Below, piece after piece: positions 44,801 to 57,432 of a stretch of 64,000 nucleotides of DNA. How positions within the stretch are numbered: position 1 is the first letter of the stretch; the number at the start of each line of letters is the position of its first letter. The notes under the pieces are model-generated. The model was not told the origin of the DNA and ran no database searches. It saw nothing but the letters and a program-made list of their open reading frames with translations. This DNA comes from the human T2T-CHM13v2.0 reference genome, Homo sapiens. The stretch lies in the NCBI RefSeq assembly GCF_009914755.1, contig NC_060937.1; one strand, given 5' to 3'. The translations under genes and the position numbers were made by a program.

Positions 44801-45699
44801 TTTATGGAGCAAAAGTTATTATTAAAAATTACTAAGTAAATAAATATAAAGCAGACTATATATAAACAAATAACCAGAATATATCATGCACAAAAGTTTA
44901 AGATTATTTCAATGATTGGTTTTTGAGGTTCAAAAATAAATGATTACAGCCTTAGCAATTTTAGGGGATGGCTAAATGTTGACTTTATTATCTTACCACT
45001 AAACATCTGGTAATAAATGATTCTCTATTCTATTCCAAAACCTATTAAGGCATTTTGAAATTACTTAAAATTTATTTCTATAGAACATGAATTAATTAAT
45101 AAAAATGTTCAAAATTTACACCATGCACAACTAAGAGAAGTTAGCTGTTTTGAATTGAAATACGTGTCTTTTTTGTAACAGTAGTTTTTTAGAAGTTGTT
45201 ATATGCCTAATGTTCACAGGAATAAAGTTAATAAATCTGTCTTTGCCACTTTTTCCATGCATTCTATTAATAAGTCTTGTTACCAACATTTTAACACATA
45301 TTTTATGTTTGACCTTGTCAAAACGCAAGTCATCATGTGGTGATTACAAAGTCATATGTGCCCTGAACTTGTAGGCTGTAAAGCTTTTGCTCTATAACTT
45401 GACAAGTAATTCTGATAACAAGTTGTACTGATATACTTTTCCACAAAGAAATCACGCTATTTCATATTAAATCATGGATTCTTTATAATTGCTACTTCCT
45501 ATTGATACAACAACAGTAATATAACTAAGATTCATACAACTTATTTTAAAAATAGTTGAAAGCATGTTACCACAAGTTTTGCTCCTTTTCCCATGTTATC
45601 AGTTACTAACAGGTGAAATAGATTATTTTGATAATTTTGACTAATCAACAGTAGTAATGAGACAAAAACCCATTTTGCACAATTTTAGACTAACATTCG

Positions 45700-46130
45700 T
45701 AATTTATTCCTTAATTCATCAAGTATTACAGAGAATTTACTATGTAGCTAGAAGTATTCTAGTCATTGATGCTGGCGATTCTTTCTAATGGCTAGAGCAA
45801 GAACTAAATAAGTAAACAAACATATAAAACTAGATACTGGTAAGATTCAAAAGAGTGCATAACACTGAATGAATTGGGAAGCTACTGTATTCTGGGAGGT
45901 CAGAGAATCATAACCGATGAGATGGGATTTAAGCTGAGATCTGACTCACAAAAGCCAGCCATGCAAAAAATGGGGGAAGAGCATTCCAGGCATAAGTAAT
46001 ACTCATGCAGAGGTCCTAGCCTGAAAATAGTCTTAGAGTGCCAGTGAACATTTTCTGTAAAAGAGGGGGTGGTATTCAACTGGAGAGGAGTAGAGTAAGA
46101 GAAGTGACTGATGATGAAGGGAGATGGAAT
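45700..46130 (-). mobile_element. L2 fragment
   Basis: Antisense L2 motifs tttactatgtagctag, tttaagctgagatctga, gaagagcattccaggc. Confidence 0.7.
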
Positions 46131-46559
46131 TGAGTTACCTCCTTGAGGAGCAATTAATAGATTGAAGTAGGATTTATGCATATTAGCTTTAATATATAAT
46201 TTAATATTAAATTAGCTTTAATTTAATATTTAATAATCTGCATAATATGCAGATTAGCATAATATTTAATTATGCAGATTAGCTCTATGCCTAAATGTTA
46301 TAAAAATCTGTTATTAATGAAATTAGTATATATGTATACATAGATGTATATATTTTATCTATTTGAAGAAAAATTATTCTCATTAATAATTTAAGTTCTC
46401 TTGGAGGTTTTGTGGTTTGTTTTCATTATAACTGGATTTTGAGGACTGGAAAATCAAAATTCAATACTCAATGAAGAAAATAGTTTATATAAAGCTAAAA
46501 AAAAAAAGAGCTCCATAACCTTATTATATTTTAAGTTATCTGAGGAAACCTCATCTGAA

Positions 46560-47260
46560 TCTGCAGTATTAAAACCTAAGGACACTGCTCCCCCTGCAGA
46601 CTCTGGCTTTATCGCCCTTGTCTTCCCAACCACCAGCCTGGAGAGGGAGCATTCCTTCTTGATTTGCATTGCTGCTTACACACCATTGAGCCTCTGTGGG
46701 GCACATGCCATCAAATTATATCATATGTTCCCCTCATTTTTACAGTGAACCCCATGCTCCCTGTTTTTCCCCTTTATTTATTGAAGATTTTGATACCTGC
46801 CTTGCTGTATTTCTCTCTAAAATAATTTATATTCCTTTTTTGATGATTTCAATACCTACCTACATAATGAATTCAACATGCTGACTTCTTTATTTCTTGT
46901 CCCCCATTAACATCAACCATCCACTGCATGGGCATATGTTAGATTTTGTCATTACCAATAAGACCCATACCCCAAATTTCAATTTCAAGCACCCGCTCAC
47001 TACTCACCACCTCCTTCATTCTATGTCTAATACTGTCAATGAAACTATTATTTGATTCCTCTAGAATCTATCATTCATTGACCCTATCATTTTTTTTTTT
47101 TTTTTTTTGCTAAATTGCTTTCCTCGTTTTCCTCATTATTTTACTTAGACTCACATCGTCTCTTTATGATCACTACCCTGAATATACAAACTCCTTTGAC
47201 CCTCTTTCCCATCATCATTTCTATTTGGCAAAACTTTTACCCTATTTTAGATTCTCTACC
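46560..47260 (+). mobile_element. L2 internal (ORF2-derived) fragment
   Basis: Pyrimidine-rich L2-body motifs (gatgatttcaatacc, tagattttgtcattacc, aactcctttgaccctct). Confidence 0.5.
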
Positions 47261-47364
47261 ACTGGCCTTTTCTTTCTCTCACAGGGGATAACTTCCCTGC
47301 TCGTTTCCAAAGTCCTACCTGGCCAGAACTATCCAGTGTACTCCTAATGTATTAACAATTTAAT

Positions 47365-47890
47365 TTATTTGTTTGTTTATTTATTTCACAAATGTTATTG
47401 AGAACACACACACTTAGTCCATAACATGACCAAAATAGCAAGGTGTCCAGGATGGCGGGAGAGGAATGAACCAGAGAAAGAGATGTGGGAAATAAGAGTA
47501 GGAGGAGGGAAACCTAGACCAAGTGGGCATTGTCGGCCCTATTAAGTTCTTTAGCTTTAACTCAGAGTTAAAATTAGAGCTATTGTTGGCTTTTATGCAG
47601 TGCTATTGCAGTATTTGGCTCCAGAGTAGCAAAAGTCGAAACAGAAAAACCAGTTAAGAAGTTATTTACATATTCCAGATCAGAAATAATAGTGTCTTAG
47701 ACCAGACCCCTTACTTGGAGAGGTAAGTTGTGGAAAGTTGTTGGACTTTGAATGTATTTTAAAGACAAAGGTAAAAAGATTTGTTGATGGATTGGATATA
47801 GGTGTGAGTGAAAGAGAAGGTCTCAGATGACTCTATGGTATTCAGCCCAAGAAATTAGAAGGAGGGAAATGTCATTTTCAGAGAAGAGGA
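47365..47890 (-). mobile_element. L2a-like fragment
   Basis: aaccagttaagaagttatt...gatttgttgatggattggatataggtgtgag...agatgactc. Confidence 0.7.
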
Positions 47891-47911
47891 AAAAAGAGTG
47901 GACCAATTTTT

Positions 47912-50900
47912 ATTTATTTTTTGCTTTAGGTTTAGAGGTACATATGCAGGCTTGTTACGTAGGTAAACTTGTAGATAAACTTCACAGAGGTTTGTTGTAT
48001 AAATTATTTAATTATCCAGGTACTCAGTCTAGTACTCAGTAGTTATTTGTTTGATACTCTTCCTCCTCCCCACTCCACCTTCAAGTAGACCACAGTGTCT
48101 TTTGTTCCCCATGGTCTGTTATGTCCATGTATTCTCATCGTTTAGTGACAGTTTACAAGTGAGAACATGTGGAATTTGGTTTTCTACTCCTGCATTAGTT
48201 TGTTATGGATGATGGCCTTCAACTCCATCCATGTTCCTGCAAAGGAGTTGATCTTGTTCTTTCTTACTCTTGCATGGTATTTCATGATGTATATGTACCA
48301 CAATTTCTTTATCCAATGTATCATTGATGGGCATTTGGATTGATTCCATGTCTTCGCTGTGTTAATAGTACTGCAAGGGACACACATGTGCATGTGTCTT
48401 TATGGCAGAATGATTTATATTCCTTTGGGTATATACCCAGTAATGGGATTTCTGAGTTGAATGGTAGTTCTGTTTTTAACTCTTTGAGGAATTGCCACAC
48501 TGCTTTCCACAATGGTTGAACTAATTCACACTCCCACCAACAGAGTAAAAGTGTTCCTTTTTCTCTGCAACCTAACTAGCATCTGTTACTTTTTGACTTT
48601 TTAAGAATAGCCATTGTCACTTGTGTGAGATGGCATTTCATTGTGGTTTTTACTTGCATTTCTCTAATGATCAGTAATATTGAGCATTTTTTCATATGTT
48701 GGCCACATATATGTCATCTTTTGAAAAGCGTGTGTTCATGTCCTTTGCACATTGTATTAGTCCATTCTCTCATTGCTATAAAGAACTACCAGAGACTCGG
48801 TAATTTATAAAGAAAAGAGACTTAATTAGCTCATGGTTCTGAAGGCTGTATAGGAAACTTAGTTTGGGAGGTCTAAGGAAACTTAATATCAGGGCGAAAG
48901 GCGAAGAGGAAGGAGGCACATGGCCAGAGCAGAAGAAGAGAGAGAGGAGAGGTGCTACCCATGTTTAGAGAATTCACTGACTATGACAAGAACAGCAAGA
49001 GGAAAATGTGCCCCCATGACCCAATCACATCCCTGCAGGCCCCTCCTCCAGCACTGGGGATTACAATTTGACATGAGATATGGGGGGGGACACAAATCCA
49101 AACCATATCATTCTGCACCTGGCCCCTACCAAATCTCATGTTCTTCACACATTGCAAAATAAAATGACCTCTTCTCAACAGTCCCCTGAGTTTTAAATCA
49201 TTTCAGCATTAACTCAAAAGTCCACAGTCCAGAGTCTCATCTGAAACAAAGCAAGTCCTTTCTGCCTGTGAGCCTGTAAAATCAAAAACAAGTTAATTAC
49301 TTCCAAGATATAATGTTGGTATAGACATTGAGTAAATACTCCCTTTCCAAAAGGGGGAATCTGCCATAACAATTGGCTACAGGCTCCATGCAAGTCCAAA
49401 ACCCAGCATGGCAGTCAACTAAATCTTAAAGCTCCCAAATAATCTTTATTGATTCCATGTCTCACATCTAGTCCACATTGATACAAGGGGTGGGCTCCCA
49501 AGTTTTTGGGCAACTCCACCCCTGTGGCTCTGCAGGGAACAGACCCTGTGGCTGCTTTTTACAGGCTGGCACTGAGTGCCTGAGGCTTTTCCAGGTACAT
49601 GGTGCAAGCTGTTGGATCTACTATTCTTGGGTTTGGAGGACAGTGGCCCTCTTCTCACAGCTCTAGTAGGCCGTGCCCCAGTGGGGACTCGGCATGGTGG
49701 CTCCAACCCCACATTTCCCCTGTGCACTACCCTGGTAAAAGTTCTCTATGAGGGCCCTGCCCCTGCACCAGACTTCTGCCTGGACATTCAGGCATTTCCA
49801 TACATCCTCTGAAATCTAGGTGGAGGATCCCAAGCTTCAACTCTTGCTCTCTGTGCACCTACAGGCTTAACCCCATGTGGAAGCTGCCAAAGCTTATGGC
49901 TTACACCCTTGGGAGAAGTGGCCTGAGACATATCTGAAGTCTTTTTAGCTATGGCTAGAGCTGGAGCAGCTGGAACACAGGAAGCAATGTCTTGAGGTTG
50001 TTTAGGGCAGCGGGGCCCTGGGCCCAGTCCATGAAACCATTCTTCCCTCCTAAGCCTCTGGGCCTGTGATGGGAGTAGCTACTGAGAAGGTCTTTGAAAT
50101 GATTTCAAGGCATTTTTTTTTCATTGTCTTGGCTATTAACATTTGGCTCCTCTTTACTTATGCAAATTTCTGCAGCTGGCTTGAATTCTTCCCCTGAATG
50201 TGGGTTTTTCTTTTCTGCCACATGGCTAGGCTGCAAATTTTCCAAACTTGTGTGTTCTGCTTTTCTTTTAAATATAAGTTTCAGTTTCAGATTATCTCTT
50301 TGCTCACAAATATAAGAATATTTGCTGTTAGAAGGAGCCAGACCACATCTTGAGTGCTTTGCTGCTTGGAAATTTCTTTTGCTAGATATCCTAAATTATC
50401 ACTTTGTAGTTCAAAATTCCACAGATCTCTAGAGCAGGGACATAATGCCACCAGTCTCTTTGCTAAAGCATAGCAGGAATGACCTTTACTCCATTTCCCA
50501 ATAAGTTCCTCACCTCCGTCTGAGACTACCTCACCCTGGACTTTATTGTCCATATCACTATCAGCATTTTGGTCACAACAATTTAACAAATGCTAGGAAT
50601 TTCCAAACTTTCCTTGATCTTCCTCTCTTCCTCTGAGTCCTCCAAACTGTTCCTACCTCTGCCCATTACCCAGTCCCAAACGTGCATCCACATTTTCAGA
50701 TGTCTTTATAGAAATACCCCACTCCCAGTACCAATGTTCTGTATTACTTCATTATCGCATTACTATAAAGAACTACATGAGACTGGGTAATTTATAAAGA
50801 AAAAAGCTTTATTTGGCTCATGGTTCTGTAGGCTGTACAGGAAACATGGCTGGGGAGGCACTGGGAAACTTACAATCATGGCAGAAAGCAAAGAGGAAGG

Positions 50901-51415
50901 AGGCACATCTTACATGGCTGAAGCAGGAAGAGAGGGCAGAGGTGCCACAACACTTTTAAACAATCAGATATTGTGAGAACTCATTCACTATCACGAGAAC
51001 AGCAAGGAAGAAATCTGCCACCATGATTCAATCACCTCCCACCAGGACCCTCCTCCAAAACTTGGGATTAAAATTTGACATGAGATTGGGGTAGGGACAC
51101 AAATTCAAACCATATCACTCAGTTTTTAATAAGGTTGTTTGTTTTTTTTCTTGTAAATTTGTGTCTTATAGGTGCTGGATATTAGACCTTTGTCACATAT
51201 TTTGCAAATATTTTCTCCCATTCTATATGTTGTCTGTTTACTCTGTTGATATTTCCTTTTGCTGTGCAGAAGCTCTTAAGTTTAATTAGATCGCATTTTG
51301 TCAATTTCTGCTTTTGTTGAAATTTCTTTTGGCATCTTTGCCAAAGAATTTGTCATGAATTATTTTCCAGTTCCTATGTCCAGAATGGTATTGCCTAGGG
51401 TGCCTTCTAGCATTT
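47912..51415 (-). mobile_element. Older L1PA (L1PA13-16-like) 3' segment, split by an MSTA provirus
   Basis: Antisense L1PA 3'UTR (ggtacatatgcaggcttgttacgtaggtaaactt) and ORF2 C-terminus (minus-strand ORFs at 48184-48512); resumes at 51118 after the MSTA. Confidence 0.9.
48753..51117 (-). mobile_element. Full-length MSTA-like MaLR provirus (LTRs 48753-49110 and 50740-51117; internal 49111-50739)
   Basis: Two LTRs running tgtatta...accatatca, antisense PPT ttctgcacctggc, ~1.6 kb MaLR internal region homologous to the THE1 internal region at 25619-27156. Confidence 0.93.
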
Positions 51416-52038
51416 TAAAATCCTTAACAAAATACTTGAAAACCCAAACTGAATCTAGCCGCACATCAAAAAATCGAATCCATCATAATCAAGTAGGCTT
51501 TATTTCTGGGATGTAAGGTTGGTTCAATATATGCAAATCAATAAATGTGAATCCATCCCATAAACAGAACTAAAGATAAAAACTTCATGATTGCTTCAAT
51601 AGATCCATAAAAGGCTTTTGATAGAATTCAACATCATTTCATGTAGCAAACTCTCAATAATTTACATATTAAGCAAACATACCTCAAATTAATAAGGGCC
51701 TTATATGACAAACCGACAGCCAACATCATACTAAATGGGTAAAAGCTGGAAGAATTTCCCTTAAAAACTGGCACAAAACAAGGATGCCCCTTCTCACCAC
51801 TCCTATTCAACATAGTATTGGAAGTCTTGATCAGAGCAATCAGGCAGGATAAAGAAAAAAATGGCATCCAAGAAGGAAGAGAGAAAGTCAAACCATCCTT
51901 GTTTGCAAATGATATGATTCTATATCTAGAAAACCCCATAGTCTTAGCCCAAAAGTTACTTCAGCTCATAAACAACTTCAGCGAAGTTTCAGGATACAAA
52001 ATCATTTTACAAATATCACTAGCATTCCTATGCATCAA
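51416..52038 (+). mobile_element. Inverted L1PA ORF2 reverse-transcriptase segment (5' inversion of the 47912 element)
   Basis: Sense RT motifs including [13 protein letters not shown] (ORF 51818-52054), abutting the antisense L1 segment. Confidence 0.88.
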
Positions 52039-52106
52039 TTTTTTAATACTCTGACCCAGTAGATAATTAGCACTGTATTGCAGAGAGCAAATAAATAGCG
52101 TATGTT

Positions 52107-52468
52107 ACAAAGGTCTCAAATGTAAATGCCTATGGGGCAACCTAGTCACGTAAGAGAGATGTGAGCTTGACATAAAATAACAAATGACAATTCAAACTCA
52201 GCCTCTATGCCAGGGTGACAACAAGGAATGCTGGACACTGAAATCAGAACTATTCTCTTAGTTGTAGCAGATGGCTGCCATATGGAAATGCAGCCATTGT
52301 CGCTGAATCTGCCATTTACTTAAGGAAAACAATATCTCCATTTTTATGGAAATATTCTTAATTTTTAAAAATAATGGTTGCTAATTCAAATAAAGGAAAA
52401 AAAACAATGGATGCTAAAGAAAACCTTTGGTCACATGAAGTCTACATGCCACAGCTTGAAACATCTTG
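52107..52468 (-). mobile_element. MER102-like hAT-Charlie remnant
   Basis: caaaggtctcaaatgtaaatgcctatgggg...atttttaaaaataatggttgctaattcaaa matches the recalled MER102 consensus in antisense. Confidence 0.6.
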
Positions 52469-52489
52469 TGGGTCGGGTTGGGGGGACCT

Positions 52490-52640
52490 GTGAATTAGAG
52501 TTGGAATCAGAAGACCTAACTTTGACTTCTATCTGATCAATTCTATTGCTGTCTTACCTGGACCCGGTCATTTAGCTTGTCACTGACTTGGCCTCCTATT
52601 CTGGAAAGTTAAAAAGGTAGTTAAATTCTAAAGTCTTTAA
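52490..52640 (+). mobile_element. MIR-family fragment
   Basis: ttggaatcagaagacct...ggtcatttagcttgtcactgacttggcctcctattctggaaag. Confidence 0.5.
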
Positions 52641-54084
52641 GTTGCTTTAAGATATATGGATCTAGATTTTGACCAATAGCCAGCCTGTGGGTGATCAAAG
52701 CTAGCAGGCTTATGAGAGAGCATGAGTTGAGCGGGTAAGAAAGGTTTTTCTGTTCCCAAACACCTGTCTACTAGTACATCAGTGTCTGAGGAGGAGTGGA
52801 AAATGGGACTTAGTGGGTGGGTTTGGAGGATCAACCATCACAGAGCACTTGAGTACTGAGATGCAGGCAGCTAAAGAGGAGGATAAGATTCTTGCCTTTT
52901 AGGAGTGGAAAGACTGCCTGAGAAGAAAGAGGGTGCTGATAATTTATCAATAAACAGAAGCCAAATATCTGGCTCAAGAAAACCTCAACAGATTATACAA
53001 TTATATGTAATGACTCATAAGTGGATTAGCTGGTAAGAAAAGTCTTACTTCTCAGTGTTCTGCTTGGTGTTTCTTTACCTGACTGGATGATAGCATAAGA
53101 AGCTAATGACCTACAGCTAACGAGCTTTTGTAACATAAATGTAAGACACCCAGGTTTAAATTCAAATTTTGACTTTTTTCTATAGCTCTTAGGCACATTT
53201 AAAAAAATCCTGTAGATGCAGATTCATATCAACCATGATACTAGGATCAAAAATAAGAATAACTATTATTACTACTATTAACTCTTTAGCTTGGGTAAAA
53301 GTCATACAGATAATTAAACAATATCTTACTACTTCATCCTCTCATTTACCCAGTGAAAGTTTTCCATGTTTTATAACTTCAAGTTGTTGTTTCAGATATG
53401 TTTGTTGAGTTTGTGCATCCATTTTGCAGTGTTTTCCTTTTTTATTAGACTGTAAGAATTGCTTCTTTTCAAACTGCGTCCAAGTCCATGGATAAAGAAG
53501 CTGGTACACAGTGGGTATTGTTATTATACTGAAGGAAATTAGAAGTCAAGACAAATTTATGGAAACATTATAAGTGAAACTTTTGATAAAGGGTTAAAAG
53601 ATCCTTTGGTCTTATTAAGATATGACAACAAAGAGACTATTACTAGCTCCTTTCAGTCTCCAACAAGGGAGGCAAACATGTTTGAAAAACTATGGCAAGA
53701 TTTTGTTCTATGACGAAAGAAATTGAAGAAAATTCCAGTTACCTGTCTCAGTTATAAGTGAGGGTTATATATCCTTCTTTTGTGACCACTGTCACTAAAA
53801 ATTCTTCCCCTGCCTTTGAAAATCTCAGCACATAATTCACCTCAGCAGAGGCATAGGTTTTGATGGCCCTTTGGTTTCTCCCATTGCCAGGAACCCAAGT
53901 GCAAGTCTTAGAAGGTCTTGAAAACATAGGAAACATTTTCCTCAGGCTTGAAAATCCATTTGCCCAATTTTACACTTCTCTTCAGGTTAAAAACAAATCT
54001 CTGTGTTGTTAGGGGTAAAGAATATCTCCTTAGTTCTTTGGTCAATATTACTTTAATGCAGGTTATTTAACATATGGCTTGTGC

Positions 54085-55235
54085 TTCCACTTCTGTCCAA
54101 AATAGATTAATAGGGGCCTTGGCTCACTGCCTGGAGTTTTCAGGCTATTGCACAGGACGGGAAACCTCGTCAGAGCCTGACAGTCTTGCAGAGTTGAGGA
54201 AGAAGAGATTAGAGTTTACAGAGGCCAAAATGGCCAGCATTTGTGGAGCAGACTACCAGAGAGGCAGGAGTTTCACAGTCAGAAGGAAATCTGAAGAGAG
54301 AATCCCCTTAAGCCTTTGGGTCAATAATGATTTGCAAAAGCATGAGAGGTAACTACCAAAAGTGGGGCTGGGTGTTGGGGGGACACTTAAAAGTAATAAA
54401 ACAATTCCCACAGGGCTAGGAATAGTTGTTGTTTCCACCAGCTAGAGTAAAAATCTTGTAATACATGTGTTACTGGGCTACTGGATAGAATTGTCAGAAG
54501 GTTATCATCTTAAGAATTTGGCCCTAGACCAGAGGTCCCCAACATTTTTGGCACCAGGGACCGGTTTTGTGGAAGACAAATTTTCTGCAGGACGGAGGGT
54601 AGAGGGAGGGATGGTTTCAGGATGAAACTGTTCCACCTCAGATCGTCAGGCATTAGTTAGATTAGATTCTCATAAGGAGTACACAACCTAGATCCCTCGC
54701 ATGTACAGTTCACAATAGAGTTCTCTCTCCTATGAGAATCAAATTCTGCTGCTGATCTAACATGAGGTGGAGAGCTCAGTGGATAATGCTTGCTTGTCTG
54801 CTGCTCACCTCCTGCTATGCAGCCTGGTACCAGTCCAGGGCCTGGGGGTTTGGGGGACCCATACCCTAGACAAAAGCTATTTGTACCTGCTTTAATAAAA
54901 CTTAAGTGCAAGCCTTGAAACATCACTTGATTTTGGGTAACTTAACTGAATGCCAGAACAAAGGTTAACATCATAGAGGGCATAAAAATCCAGCAATGAA
55001 CAATGTCCAGCATACAATTATAAATACAGAAAAGCAAAGAAACAGAAAAATATTATGTATATTCAAGAGATAGATGATAGTTGGATATAAACAGATGTAG
55101 AGCTGAAAAAGATGATTGAACTAAGACAAGAATGCCGAAACAGTGATTATAATTATTCCTCACATGTTTGAGAGAGTAGAGGAAAACATGCTCATGACTA
55201 GGAGAGAAATTGAAGATGTATATATTTTTTAAAAG
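54085..55235 (+). mobile_element. Ancient L1ME-type 5' end/ORF1-start remnant, interrupted by MER1B
   Basis: cttccacttctg start, gcagagttgaggaagaagagattagagtt, gtaacttaactgaatgccagaacaaag, gtagaggaaaacatg. Confidence 0.55.
54530..54863 (-). mobile_element. MER1B hAT-Charlie DNA transposon
   Basis: TIRs cagaggtccccaa/ttgggggaccc; internal tagattctcataaggag...acaacctagatccctcgcatg; perfect 8-bp TSD ccctagac. Confidence 0.93.
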
Positions 55236-55655
55236 AGCTGAGAAGAATTTTATTAAGCATATAAATTGGTAAATTGAAAATCAAGCCTAAAAGAGAAAAA
55301 TCTAGCTACACTGTATGTCAGAAATTATGAATACTGTGGAATTCAGAGGAATGCATGGGTAATAGTCTGCAAAGATACCCTACAGGGTTTATCTGAATAT
55401 ATACTAATTTATCTTTTGCTCTCCAGTGAGGAACACTATACATGATATAAAGTTAAGTACCCAATATTTTCTGAAGAAACGCTAGAAATACACAATGGCA
55501 ATTGAATTATTTCCAGCTATCATAAGGTGTGAAGTTTGTTTTAAAATAATAGTTTTCTAATTTTCATAAGTCATAGAAGACACTAAGTTCAGATCTTGAG
55601 ATTATGACATATTTGTACTTTTGAGATTTAGCATTCAAGTTTAAAAGGCATTTTT

Positions 55656-55984
<329 letters not shown>

Positions 55985-56262
55985 TAAAAGGCATTTTTAT
56001 CTTTTCCACCTTTCCAATAAAGGATTTAGCATTGATCTTAAATAGGTTTGTAAGAGACTTGCTATGAGTCAATGTTTCCCTTTGTTTTTACCAATCAGCT
56101 CCATGAGAATAAGTAATAAGAAATTGGTGGTTTGCAAGTTTTGTAAACTCTTTTGTACACAGTTCAAAGAGATTTCCTTAAACTCTTTTCCTCTGTCATA
56201 GGGAGTATATCCCCATGTGAATAATGACACAAATTATATTCTGTAAGCAAAATACATAAATA

Positions 56263-57432
56263 CAGTTACGTATCACTTAATGATGGGGCTACCTTCTGAG
56301 AAATGCAGTGTTAGGCGGTTTTGTCACTGTGTGAACAGCATAGAGTATACTGACACAGACCTTGATGGTGTAGGGCACTACGTACCCAGGCTGTGTGATA
56401 TAGCCTGTTGCTCCTATGTTACAAACCTGCATAGTACGTTATTGTACTAAATGATGTAGGCAATTATAATAAAATGGTAAGTATTTGTGTATCTAAACAT
56501 AGTTAAACATAGAAAAGGTACAGTAAAATATAGTAGATAAAAGGTGTTACGGGTATATAGGGCATTTACCATGAATGGAGCTTGCAAGACTGACAGTTGC
56601 TCTGGGCAGGTTAATGAGTGAGTGGTGAGTGGATGGGAAGGCCTAGGACACTACACTAGACTTTTAAAATATCTTTCTTTCTTCAATGATAAATTACCCT
56701 TAGTTTACTCTACCATTTTTACTTTCTAAACTTTTAATTTTTAAAACTTTTTGACTCTTGTTATAACACTTGGCTGAAAACACAAACACATTGCATAGCT
56801 GTATAAAAAGATTTTCTGTCTTTATATCCTTATTCTACAACCTTTTTACTATTTTTAAATTTTTTCTTTTCTTTTTTTTTTTACTTTGTAAATTTTTTGT
56901 TAAAAATCTAAGACGAACACATTAGCCTAAGTCTACACTGGGTCAGGATCATCAATACCGCTTTCTTCCACCTTCACATCTTGTCCTACTGTGGGGTCTT
57001 CAGGGGCAATTGCGTGCATGGATCTATCATTACCTACGGTAACAATGCCTTCTTTTGGAATACTTCTTGAAGGACTTGCCTGAGGCTGTTTTATAGTTAT
57101 CTTAAAAAAAAAGAAAAAAGCATGCACTCAAAAATAACCATAAGCAGCACAGTATAACAAATATTTAAGCCAGTAACATAGTCACTTATCATTATCAAGT
57201 ATAATGCACTGCACATCATTGTATGTGCTATAGTTCTATACAAGTGGCAGAGCAGTAGGTTTGTCTACACCAGCATCACCACAAACACATGAGTAATGCA
57301 TCCTGCTATGATGTCACAATGGTCATGACATCACTAGGTGATAGGAATTTTTAGCTGTATTATGATTGTATGTGGCCACTGTCATATAGGTGGTCTGTTG
57401 TTGACCAAAACATTGTATTTGGCAAATGATTG
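56263..57432. mobile_element. Tigger3b (MER7B)-like TcMar-Tigger DNA transposon
   Basis: TA-flanked ends cagttacgtatcacttaatga...tggcaaatgattg; internal ggtaagtatttgtgtatctaaacata, tgagtgagtggtgagtg; ~1.17 kb. Confidence 0.9.
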
